IMG/VR virus record: IMGVR_UViG_3300044991_001466
Strand: one strand, 5' to 3'
DNA length: 64,000 bases
DNA from: a virus
Taxonomy: Duplodnaviria > Caudoviricetes
Part shown: positions 40,420 to 47,947 of the stretch, piece after piece
How positions within the stretch are numbered: the first letter of the stretch is position 1
Layout: the number at the start of each line of letters is the position of its first letter
Translations under genes and position numbers: made by a program
Notes under the pieces: model-generated
Told to the model about the DNA's origin: nothing
Database searches by the model: none
The model's input: only the letters and a program-made list of their open reading frames with translations

Positions 40420-40427
40420 AAAATAAT

Positions 40428-40544
40428 ATGATGAAGTTAATTAATTGGATTAAGAAGTATTTTGCCGACCGCAAAAAAAAGAAAGAATTTAAAAAGAAAT
40501 TAGAAGAATTACGTAAAAGAGATCCATTTATCTATAATCATTAA
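40428..40544 (+). CDS. 38-aa basic small protein (not in the ORF track)
   Basis: Read from the sequence: MMKLINWIKKYFADRKKKKEFKKKLEELRKRDPFIYNH*. It fills the gap between 40419 and the next promoter. Confidence 0.55.
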   Translation: MMKLINWIKKYFADRKKKKEFKKKLEELRKRDPFIYNH

Positions 40545-40570
40545 GATGATAAAAATCATAGGTAAATTAT

Positions 40571-40599
40571 TTGGTTATTTCAAATAATTTACTTATATT
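40571..40599 (+). promoter_or_regulatory. Promoter TTGGTT-N17-TATATT
   Basis: 8 nt upstream of the cysC ATG at 40608. Confidence 0.65.
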
Positions 40600-40607
40600 T
40601 TAGTATT

Positions 40608-41042
40608 ATGATATATTGGTTTACAGGTCAACCTGGTGCAGGAAAAACAACATTAGCTAAACATTTAGTTAATTATTTTGAGAACAACAACGTAATTCAC
40701 GTTGATGGTGACGATTTACGCGATATCTTTCAAAATAAAGACTATTCCGAGGTTGGAAGAAGGAAAAACATCGAAAGGGCTCAGGATATTGCGAGATTTA
40801 TGAGTGAAAAGGGGTTTAACGTAATCGTATCCTTAGTTTCACCTTATAAAGACCAAAGAGACCAATTTAAAGAGAATAACAACGTTACTGAAGTCTATGT
40901 ACATACCACAGATGAAAGAGGTAGAGAAGGGTTTCACGTGTCTAACTATGAAAAACCTACGGACAATTTCGTAGAGATTGACACAAGTAACAGAAAAGAG
41001 GTCGATTCGTTTATTGAATTAACTATTAAATTAAAAATATGA
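40608..41042 (+). CDS. cysC: Adenylyl-sulfate (APS) kinase
   Basis: WFTGQPGAGKTT P-loop, DGDDLR, RRKNIER, VSLVSPY, YEKP. Confidence 0.88.
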   Translation: MIYWFTGQPGAGKTTLAKHLVNYFENNNVIHVDGDDLRDIFQNKDYSEVGRRKNIERAQDIARFMSEKGFNVIVSLVSPYKDQRDQFKENNNVTEVYVHTTDERGREGFHVSNYEKPTDNFVEIDTSNRKEVDSFIELTIKLKI

Positions 41043-41419
41043 GTAAAAAGTACGCAATGTATGTGGGACGTTGGCAAAATTGGCATAAGGGTCACGAATG
41101 GCTCCTTAACCAACAAATAGAGAAGGGGAAAGACGTGTGGGTGGCAATTAGAAATGTACCAACTGACGAAAATAATCCAAAAACCGCACAACAAGTAATG
41201 ATGGATTTGGCTGAAGAACCTTTCTTTAAAGAAAATTCACATAAAATTAATATATCAATTATTCCCGATATTGAGAGTATTAATTATGGTAGAGGAGTAG
41301 GTTATGATGTAATATATCACGAACCACCAACTGAGATAGCAACGATTAGTGGAACGGCAATTAGAACTGGTCACATGACACCTGATGGTGAAATTAAATA
41401 TGATCAAACAAAAGGATAA
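41039..41419 (+). CDS. HxGH nucleotidyltransferase (cytidylyltransferase-like), candidate minimal ATP sulfurylase
   Basis: YVGRWQNWHKGH; ISGTAIR; ATGA-coupled to cysC. Confidence 0.7.
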   Translation: MSKKYAMYVGRWQNWHKGHEWLLNQQIEKGKDVWVAIRNVPTDENNPKTAQQVMMDLAEEPFFKENSHKINISIIPDIESINYGRGVGYDVIYHEPPTEIATISGTAIRTGHMTPDGEIKYDQTKG

Positions 41420-41634
41420 TGATAGTAGAACGTAAACGACACATAGCGAAAACCATCTCATATCGTATTGTAAGTACCTTCATCGGGTTCTTATTAATGT
41501 GGTTGATAAGTGGTTCAATTAAAGTAGGGGCGGCATTTGGGGTGGCAGAATTGATTTATAAACCCATCCAATATTATGTTCACGAAAGAATATGGTATAA
41601 ATGGATAAAATTTGGGTTAAAAGATAAAAAATAA
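41419..41634 (+). CDS. DUF2061-like small membrane protein
   Basis: RHIAKTISYRIVST...YYVHERIWY. Confidence 0.75.
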   Translation: MIVERKRHIAKTISYRIVSTFIGFLLMWLISGSIKVGAAFGVAELIYKPIQYYVHERIWYKWIKFGLKDKK

Positions 41635-41635
41635 G

Positions 41636-41642
41636 TATTTAT
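41636..41642 (+). promoter_or_regulatory. TATTTAT motif, candidate late promoter
   Basis: AAGTATTTAT 18 nt upstream of ATG 41661. Confidence 0.5.
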
Positions 41643-41660
41643 ATATAAAACAAGGAAATT

Positions 41661-43148
41661 ATGAGAACAGTATTAATAGGTTCGGACTTTATGTACGATA
41701 AAGATGGTAATTTAAAACCCATTGAAATAAACACTGCAGTAGGATGGGATGGACTTCAGAAGATTGAGGATAATATAGATTGTTTGGATTTAACGGGTTT
41801 ATACCAATTTATTGAAACTAAAGGATTTACATCCGTACATTATGTGGGCGATATACCATATATAAACGAAACGTTAGAAACTTATTATAGTGGAAGTTCA
41901 ATCACATATGAATATCATTTGGTTAATAAATTAGCCATCACAGTGCCATTTATTGAAGATAATGATGAAACATTAATTATTAGAAGTTCATATGACACAA
42001 CAGCATTGGTAGATGATACATATTGTAAAGATAAGGTTAATTTTTTAAATTTAATTAAAGATTCTTCATTCGGTTCTCAATTTGCTTATTTAGATGAATC
42101 AAACCAATTAGTGTCAAACATTACAACAATTAATGATAATGGGGAACACCCAAACTTTATTTTAAAGGCGAGATATCCTTCTTACGATAAAGAAGTTTAT
42201 CCTAAATTTTTTAAGGTATCAACACAAGAAGAATTGAATACAATTTTAGAGAATGTAACATCGGATTACTTCTTAATGGAGAATTATTGTAACACCACCA
42301 ATAATTTTGAAGGACATGTAAAAGTTATAAGAAGTTTAAATATATTGTATCCACCAACATTAGAATCAATACAAATTGGTCAATACACTAGAATTAATCA
42401 AAATATAATTTTTTCTAATGTAGAATATGATTCAATAACTCATATGTTAAATTCGGAATATAGAGAGAGTTATATAACATTAACAACTATTAAAGGAGTA
42501 CCCAAATTATTAGACACAGATTTAGTAGAAATGCCAGATGGTACGTTTAAAACTGCATTAGATTTAAACGTTGGGGATGTAATCAAAACAATTGATATAC
42601 CAAATCCAAATGGTGTGGATAATCAATCATATCTTGCAAATTTTGAAATAACATACGAAACACTTGTATCAGGTACAACTTATTCAACAAATAAAATTGT
42701 CAATAAAAAAAGAGTAAATTTATTAACATATATTAATCGATTAACTTTTGATGATAATAGTACATGGGAAGATACGTCAATTTCTTCTTATTTAATTGAA
42801 AGAGATAATGTTATACAATTTGAAGAAATACATGGTATAAAAATGGGAGATGTTGTTTTATTATTAGATACAACAGAGGGATTGGTAGATTTTATTAGAA
42901 AAAATGTTGTAGAAAATGTAGAGACTAAAACAATATTTTCCGGTTGGTTTATTACAGTAGAAAATGCTCATCTATTTTTAACTAAAACATCATCTACAAA
43001 TAATGAATCTTTTGTTTCCATTGAACATAATGCTGGTGAAGCTTGTTATTATTGCTCCGGCGGGTCTCAATCTGCTTACTGCCCTAAATCGGCACCATAT
43101 TGTGGAGCATATGGATATTGTGTATATTCTCCTGAATATTGTCCATAA
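41661..43148 (+). CDS. Circularly permuted ATP-grasp-like domain + Hint domain + C-terminal Cys/Tyr-rich peptide
   Basis: N-terminal GSDFMYDKDGNLKPIEINT (D...ExN), FILKARYP, LMENY. Hint-like KLLDTDLVEMPDGTFKTALDLNVGDVI ... IKMGDVV ... FITVENAHLFL ... SIEHN, followed by AGEACYYC...YCP. Confidence 0.7.
   Translation: MRTVLIGSDFMYDKDGNLKPIEINTAVGWDGLQKIEDNIDCLDLTGLYQFIETKGFTSVHYVGDIPYINETLETYYSGSSITYEYHLVNKLAITVPFIEDNDETLIIRSSYDTTALVDDTYCKDKVNFLNLIKDSSFGSQFAYLDESNQLVSNITTINDNGEHPNFILKARYPSYDKEVYPKFFKVSTQEELNTILENVTSDYFLMENYCNTTNNFEGHVKVIRSLNILYPPTLESIQIGQYTRINQNIIFSNVEYDSITHMLNSEYRESYITLTTIKGVPKLLDTDLVEMPDGTFKTALDLNVGDVIKTIDIPNPNGVDNQSYLANFEITYETLVSGTTYSTNKIVNKKRVNLLTYINRLTFDDNSTWEDTSISSYLIERDNVIQFEEIHGIKMGDVVLLLDTTEGLVDFIRKNVVENVETKTIFSGWFITVENAHLFLTKTSSTNNESFVSIEHNAGEACYYCSGGSQSAYCPKSAPYCGAYGYCVYSPEYCP
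42504..43031 (+). other. Hint (intein-like) domain, about 176 aa; Cys1 absent, terminal His-Asn present
   Basis: Block A pattern with Lys at the Cys1 position, a second GD repeat, block F xVE..H.F and block G HN; the +1 residue is Ala. Confidence 0.65.
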
Positions 43149-43155
43149 ATTATTG

Positions 43156-43190
43156 TAAAATAAAATAAAATAAAATAAAATAAAATAAAA
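43156..43190 (+). repeat. Perfect (TAAAA)7 microsatellite
   Basis: Seven exact copies; the last A is the A of ATG 43190. Confidence 0.95.
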
Positions 43191-43279
43191 TGGCAAAAAT
43201 TATAACAAATACCGAAATTAATACGTTAAATACAACCCTAACAACTATTGGTAATTTAATAGTAACCGCAAATAGTTAG
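43190..43279 (+). CDS. 29-aa Thr/Asn/Ile-rich smORF (not in the ORF track)
   Basis: MAKIITNTEINTLNTTLTTIGNLIVTANS*, with an A-rich leader and occupying most of the intergenic gap. Confidence 0.5.
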   Translation: MAKIITNTEINTLNTTLTTIGNLIVTANS

Positions 43280-43301
43280 TTGTAAAAATAATAGGTTAAA
43301 A

Positions 43302-43601
43302 ATGAAATTAGATTTTAAAGAAATATCAACGGCTTGGTATAATAAACTTATACATTCTAATGAATTAAAAAAATTAGCTGATGATAGATTTGATATTTGT
43401 TTAGAATGTCCGTCTAAAAAAGAAATTTTCAAAGGTAAACAATGGTCTCTCAGGTGTGGAGAATGTGGGTGCCCTTTAGCAGGTAAAGTATATACATCTA
43501 ATACATATTTGGATAAAAACGGATCATGTCCATTAGAAAAGTGGAAAGAAGTTGAGATTGAATATTTAAAAAATTTTAAAAAAATGAAAACTTTTATATA
43601 A
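43302..43601 (+). CDS. Small Cys-rich metal-binding protein (DUF6171-like)
   Basis: RFDICLECP...CGECGCPL...SCPLEKW. Confidence 0.7.
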   Translation: MKLDFKEISTAWYNKLIHSNELKKLADDRFDICLECPSKKEIFKGKQWSLRCGECGCPLAGKVYTSNTYLDKNGSCPLEKWKEVEIEYLKNFKKMKTFI

Positions 43602-43602
43602 A

Positions 43603-44286
43603 GTGTCTTATTTAATTAATAATGAACTTATTTGGGTTTCTATTCCAAAATGTGCAAGTTACTCTATTGAACGAGCACTTAGAAATTCAAAACTAAAATT
43701 AGATACCTACGACCCAAATATTATTATAGACGAGCACCTTCACGTCCCATTAACTGAGTGTTTATCACTATGGGGAAACAAAGAAACTGTTTGTATAACC
43801 AGAGATTATGTGCATAGATGGATGAGCTCTTTAAATTTTATTTGGGATAAAATAGAATTTGAAAGTGATTATACCCTTATTCGTAAATGGGAAGATGTTG
43901 ATAATGAATTTTTATATAAAATGTTTGATACCAAGTTTCTCAATGATTTACATTCATTTGACGGCAATGATTTAGAAACAAAAAATTGTTTTTTAAAATT
44001 AGTAAAAGAAAAATACGACATTTTAAAAAAAATGCCATTTATAATGATAACCTTAGTTTCCCCAAACTTTTTTAAATCCAATAGAAAATGTACATATGAG
44101 TTTGACATTAAAGAAATAGATAAATTTGTTGATTTTATTGAAGATAGATTTGGTGAAAGATTAATTATAGAGAGCACTAACCAATCTACAAAAAGACCAA
44201 ATAAAATTATAATAAATGATGAATTAAAATCATTTATTTTAGAAAATTTTGAAAATAGATTTAAAAAAAGAAATCAATTAATATAG
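43603..44286 (+). CDS. Sulfotransferase-like protein (Sulfotransfer_2-like)
   Basis: 5'-PSB WVSIPKCASYSI; 3'-PB ITRDYVHRWMS; terminal xxN.S. Confidence 0.6.
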   Translation: MSYLINNELIWVSIPKCASYSIERALRNSKLKLDTYDPNIIIDEHLHVPLTECLSLWGNKETVCITRDYVHRWMSSLNFIWDKIEFESDYTLIRKWEDVDNEFLYKMFDTKFLNDLHSFDGNDLETKNCFLKLVKEKYDILKKMPFIMITLVSPNFFKSNRKCTYEFDIKEIDKFVDFIEDRFGERLIIESTNQSTKRPNKIIINDELKSFILENFENRFKKRNQLI

Positions 44287-44289
44287 TAT

Positions 44290-44763
44290 ATGCAAATATA
44301 TAAAAACATATTAACAAATGATTTTTGTGATATTTTAATAGAAAAAATTAAGAATGAATGTGTATTAAGTGAATCTCATAAAAAAGGGTGGTATGTTTGG
44401 TTAATTTGGGGACAACAACCCAGTCAACCACTAAGTAGAGAAAAGTGGAATGAAGAAATCTATAATATGGTAACTGATGAGTTAAATAGATGTAATTTTC
44501 CTAAACATAAAACAATGTGGCTACAAATGACAGAATATAAAGATGGTAGGTGGTTACGAAGACATGTAGATGGTGCAGGAAATAAAACAATAATAATTTT
44601 GTTATCCAATGAATTTGTGGGTGGAGATACATATATAAATGATAGTGTTGTAAATTTAAAAAAGGGCGATGGTGTTATATTTGATGGGGGTTATCAATAT
44701 CATGAAGTAACACCAGTAACAGAAGGAACACGATACGCTTTAAATTTTTGGTTATATAAATAA
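44290..44763 (+). CDS. 2OG-Fe(II) oxygenase (prolyl-4-hydroxylase-like)
   Basis: YKDGRWLRRHVD...ILLSNEFVGGDT...YHEVTPVTEGTRYALNFW. Confidence 0.85.
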   Translation: MQIYKNILTNDFCDILIEKIKNECVLSESHKKGWYVWLIWGQQPSQPLSREKWNEEIYNMVTDELNRCNFPKHKTMWLQMTEYKDGRWLRRHVDGAGNKTIIILLSNEFVGGDTYINDSVVNLKKGDGVIFDGGYQYHEVTPVTEGTRYALNFWLYK

Positions 44764-44772
44764 CAATATAAT

Positions 44773-45816
44773 ATGGTAGATTTAAAGAATTATGTTTGTA
44801 GTGTTCCTTTTAATTCATTAGAAATACATAATAATGTTTGTTTTGTTTGTTGTCCATCTTGGTTACCAAATAAGATTGAAATATCAGAAGTACCACTAAA
44901 GGATATGTGGAATAGTGAACCAATCGTTGATATTAGAAATTCTATATTAGATGGTTCATTTAAATATTGTAATAAAGAACTTTGTCCTTATTTAAGTAAA
45001 TTAATAAACTATGGTGTGACATCTGGTCCAGTCAGACTGAAATCAGATTCAAATATTAATAATCCAATTATTGAAAATAATACACCCGATTATTTGGTAA
45101 TGAATTTTGATAGAACTTGTAATTACAAATGTCCATCATGTAGAGTTGATTTAATTGTTGAAAATAGTGAAGGGATAAAAAGAGTTGAAAAAACAATTGA
45201 AGATATTGATAAATATTATTCAGCAAATGTAAAAACTTTATACATAACAGGTTCTGGAGACCCATTTGTTTCAGTCGGGTTTAGAAATTATTTAAGAAAT
45301 TTTAATCCAAAAAAATATCCAAATTTAAAATCAATACACTTACATACCAATGCCTCAATGTGGAATAAAGAAATGTGGGATAGTATGCCAAATATTCACA
45401 AATATGTCGGTACCTGTGAAATCAGTATAGATGCAGGAACAAAAGACACATATGAAAATAAAACAAGATTAGGTGGTAATTGGGAAAATTTATTGAGTAA
45501 TTTAAAATTTATTAGTACCATACCGAATATTAATGTAAAAACTTCCTTTGTTGTACAAGATAGTAACTATACTGAAATGGAAACATTTTATAATTTAATG
45601 TATTCTATTTTTGGTAAAAAAGTAAATGTGTTTTTTGGTAAAATAACAAATTGGGGTACATTTTCAGAGGGTGAATTCAAATTTAAACAGGTATGGGATA
45701 CCGAACACCCAGAACACCAATTATTTAAAAAAGAATTTAATAAGGTATGGAAAAACACAAATCTATTTCATAATCTATATGAGTTTATTGAGAGCACTAA
45801 TAAAACATTGATATAA
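44773..45816 (+). CDS. Radical SAM protein with N-terminal twitch/SPASM-like Cys motif
   Basis: CSVPF...VCCPSW...CNKELCP; CNYKCPSC; ITGSGDPF; ISIDAG. Confidence 0.88.
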   Translation: MVDLKNYVCSVPFNSLEIHNNVCFVCCPSWLPNKIEISEVPLKDMWNSEPIVDIRNSILDGSFKYCNKELCPYLSKLINYGVTSGPVRLKSDSNINNPIIENNTPDYLVMNFDRTCNYKCPSCRVDLIVENSEGIKRVEKTIEDIDKYYSANVKTLYITGSGDPFVSVGFRNYLRNFNPKKYPNLKSIHLHTNASMWNKEMWDSMPNIHKYVGTCEISIDAGTKDTYENKTRLGGNWENLLSNLKFISTIPNINVKTSFVVQDSNYTEMETFYNLMYSIFGKKVNVFFGKITNWGTFSEGEFKFKQVWDTEHPEHQLFKKEFNKVWKNTNLFHNLYEFIESTNKTLI

Positions 45817-45830
45817 TTTAACATAATAAA

Positions 45831-46400
45831 ATGGTTATTACAATAATCGCCGAACCAAGAAGTGGGTCAACAAATTTAGCAGATTATTTTAAATCAAATA
45901 AAGATTTTACTATTTTACAAGAACCATTAAATAAATATGGAAAATCGTATCAAAAAAATAATCCAATTAATAAATGGACTTATAATACAAAACACTTATT
46001 AATTAAGGAAATATATGACCCAAATAAAAACTTAAAAGAATTAATACAATTTTCAGATAAAATAATTATTCTTTATAGAGAAAATAAAAATGAACAATTA
46101 GAATCTTGGTTAGTTGCAAAGGTAACCAATAATTGGCGGGGTAAATGGGTAAATAGTAAAATTCGTATACCTAACAAAGAATTAAAAATTCAGTTTTTTA
46201 ATAAAATGGTTAATGAGTTTGAAATAGAATATAGATTAAATAATGATATGTTTAAAATATCATATGAAGAACTTTATTACAAGAATGGTTTTGAAAAAAT
46301 AGTGAATTATCTTAATATTGATAGTGTTAAGAATATTGATTTTCCATATGGTCAAAAATATAGGTTGGACAAAATAGAAATAAATAAAACTTTAATATGA
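45831..46400 (+). CDS. Stf0-like sulfotransferase
   Basis: IIAEPRSGSTNL, ILQEP, LYRENK..Q..SW, ISYEEL. Confidence 0.65.
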   Translation: MVITIIAEPRSGSTNLADYFKSNKDFTILQEPLNKYGKSYQKNNPINKWTYNTKHLLIKEIYDPNKNLKELIQFSDKIIILYRENKNEQLESWLVAKVTNNWRGKWVNSKIRIPNKELKIQFFNKMVNEFEIEYRLNNDMFKISYEELYYKNGFEKIVNYLNIDSVKNIDFPYGQKYRLDKIEINKTLI

Positions 46401-47101
46401 TAAGGATATATTACCACATATATGTCATTGATGGCGTTGAATCTATAATAAATGAACAACTGACATTAATAAAAAAATACATTAATCAACCATATTCATT
46501 AACTATTGGCATCTCAGTATCAGAAAATAATAATTCAGTAGACGATATGATTAAATTAATTTATGGGTATGATTCAAAAATTATAATCGGTGATACTAAA
46601 TTAATGGGTAACGAGTTTATAACATTAAATTTAATAGAAAGAGATAAATCATCATTTGATGACACTGACTACATTTTGTATTTACACACAAAGGGAGCTT
46701 CTAAACAAATGAATTCCGAATCTATCCGATGGAGAAATGTAATGCAATTACATAATATTCAATATATTGATAACGTATTTGGAATTTTGGATAATGAAGT
46801 TTTTAACACATATGGTTTTTTATTAGAAGTAGTAAGTAACCCTACAAATATAATGTACTCTGGTAATTTTTGGTGGATGACCGGACAATACGCTAAAACA
46901 ATAGACATAAGTAATGTTGATATTACAAATAGATGTAATGCAGAGTTACAATATATTCAAATGGGAACGGATTGGAAACCCTATTCAATAATTAGAAAGG
47001 GAGATAATTGGAAACCTTATTCATACTTTATTAAGGACAAAGGGGGGGGGATAGAAAAACGTAATATTAACACAAAATTAAGTTTTAATAAATTAATATA
47101 A
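46397..47101 (+). CDS. Hypothetical glycosyltransferase-like protein (YLHTKG/GNFWW family)
   Basis: ILYLHTKGAS, WR..M, YSGNFWW, R..AE motifs. Confidence 0.5.
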   Translation: MIRIYYHIYVIDGVESIINEQLTLIKKYINQPYSLTIGISVSENNNSVDDMIKLIYGYDSKIIIGDTKLMGNEFITLNLIERDKSSFDDTDYILYLHTKGASKQMNSESIRWRNVMQLHNIQYIDNVFGILDNEVFNTYGFLLEVVSNPTNIMYSGNFWWMTGQYAKTIDISNVDITNRCNAELQYIQMGTDWKPYSIIRKGDNWKPYSYFIKDKGGGIEKRNINTKLSFNKLI

Positions 47102-47111
47102 TTATGAATAT

Positions 47112-47915
47112 ATGGACCCGTTAAAATATTGGACGTTAGATGGATTTGAAATATCATCATTTAAGTTTAATTTAAATGAAAGAAAGGGAAAGACGTATAA
47201 AACATGCGGTTCCGATGGTACTGGCTTGTGTAGCTATGCCTATAATGAATTAGGATTTAGGGGAGATAGTGTAAAAAAAGAGGGATTTAAAGTAATGTCA
47301 TTAGGTTGTTCTCATACCGAAGGTGTCGGTGTTAATTACAATGATATGTGGTCAACACGATTTACAAATCGTATACCCAATGGTGTTAATATGAATTTTG
47401 GTACAGGTGGTAGAAGTAATGATTTTATTACTAGATGTCTATTAACATATTACGATGTGGTAAAACCTGATTTGGTATTAATAATGTATACATCACCATT
47501 AAGAAGAGAAATATACACAAAAGATGGTAATATAGAACCATTTATTCCCGCTCGTTCATGGGGATATATGGGTGAAACTGAAGACGGTAAACAAACACAA
47601 AGTTATTTAACTGAATTACAAAATGATAATGAAGATTTAATTAATTGGTATAAAAATCATCAACTAATAAAATTATTCTTAGAAACTAAAAATTGTAATT
47701 GGATTTGGAATGGGTCGTTTGGTATACCAAGTGAATTTAAAGAGCCTAACAGATTTGATGGTGAATATCAAATTTTTATCGATAAGGGTGTTGAAGGGGG
47801 ACATGCTGGCCCCGAACAAAATAAAAGTTATGCAAATAAATTATACGACTTCATAACTGAAAATTTCCCAAATTACATAAATGTTTTATCAAAAAATAAA
47901 CAAAGTTTGATTTGA
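47112..47915 (+). CDS. SGNH/GDSL-like protein
   Basis: YNELGFRG; SLGCSHTEGVG; NFGTGGRSND; GGHAGP. Confidence 0.6.
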   Translation: MDPLKYWTLDGFEISSFKFNLNERKGKTYKTCGSDGTGLCSYAYNELGFRGDSVKKEGFKVMSLGCSHTEGVGVNYNDMWSTRFTNRIPNGVNMNFGTGGRSNDFITRCLLTYYDVVKPDLVLIMYTSPLRREIYTKDGNIEPFIPARSWGYMGETEDGKQTQSYLTELQNDNEDLINWYKNHQLIKLFLETKNCNWIWNGSFGIPSEFKEPNRFDGEYQIFIDKGVEGGHAGPEQNKSYANKLYDFITENFPNYINVLSKNKQSLI

Positions 47916-47940
47916 CATTCTAACTTATTTTCATTATATT
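47912..47940 (+). promoter_or_regulatory. Promoter TTGACA-N17-TATATT
   Basis: Perfect -35 box; 7 nt upstream of ATG 47948. Confidence 0.75.
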
Positions 47941-47947
47941 ATGATAT

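Noticed and set aside
42504-43031. A mobile, splicing intein
   Set aside because: There is no Cys/Ser/Thr at position 1 or +1, no block-B His and no homing endonuclease, so splicing is not supported. At most C-terminal cleavage is possible.
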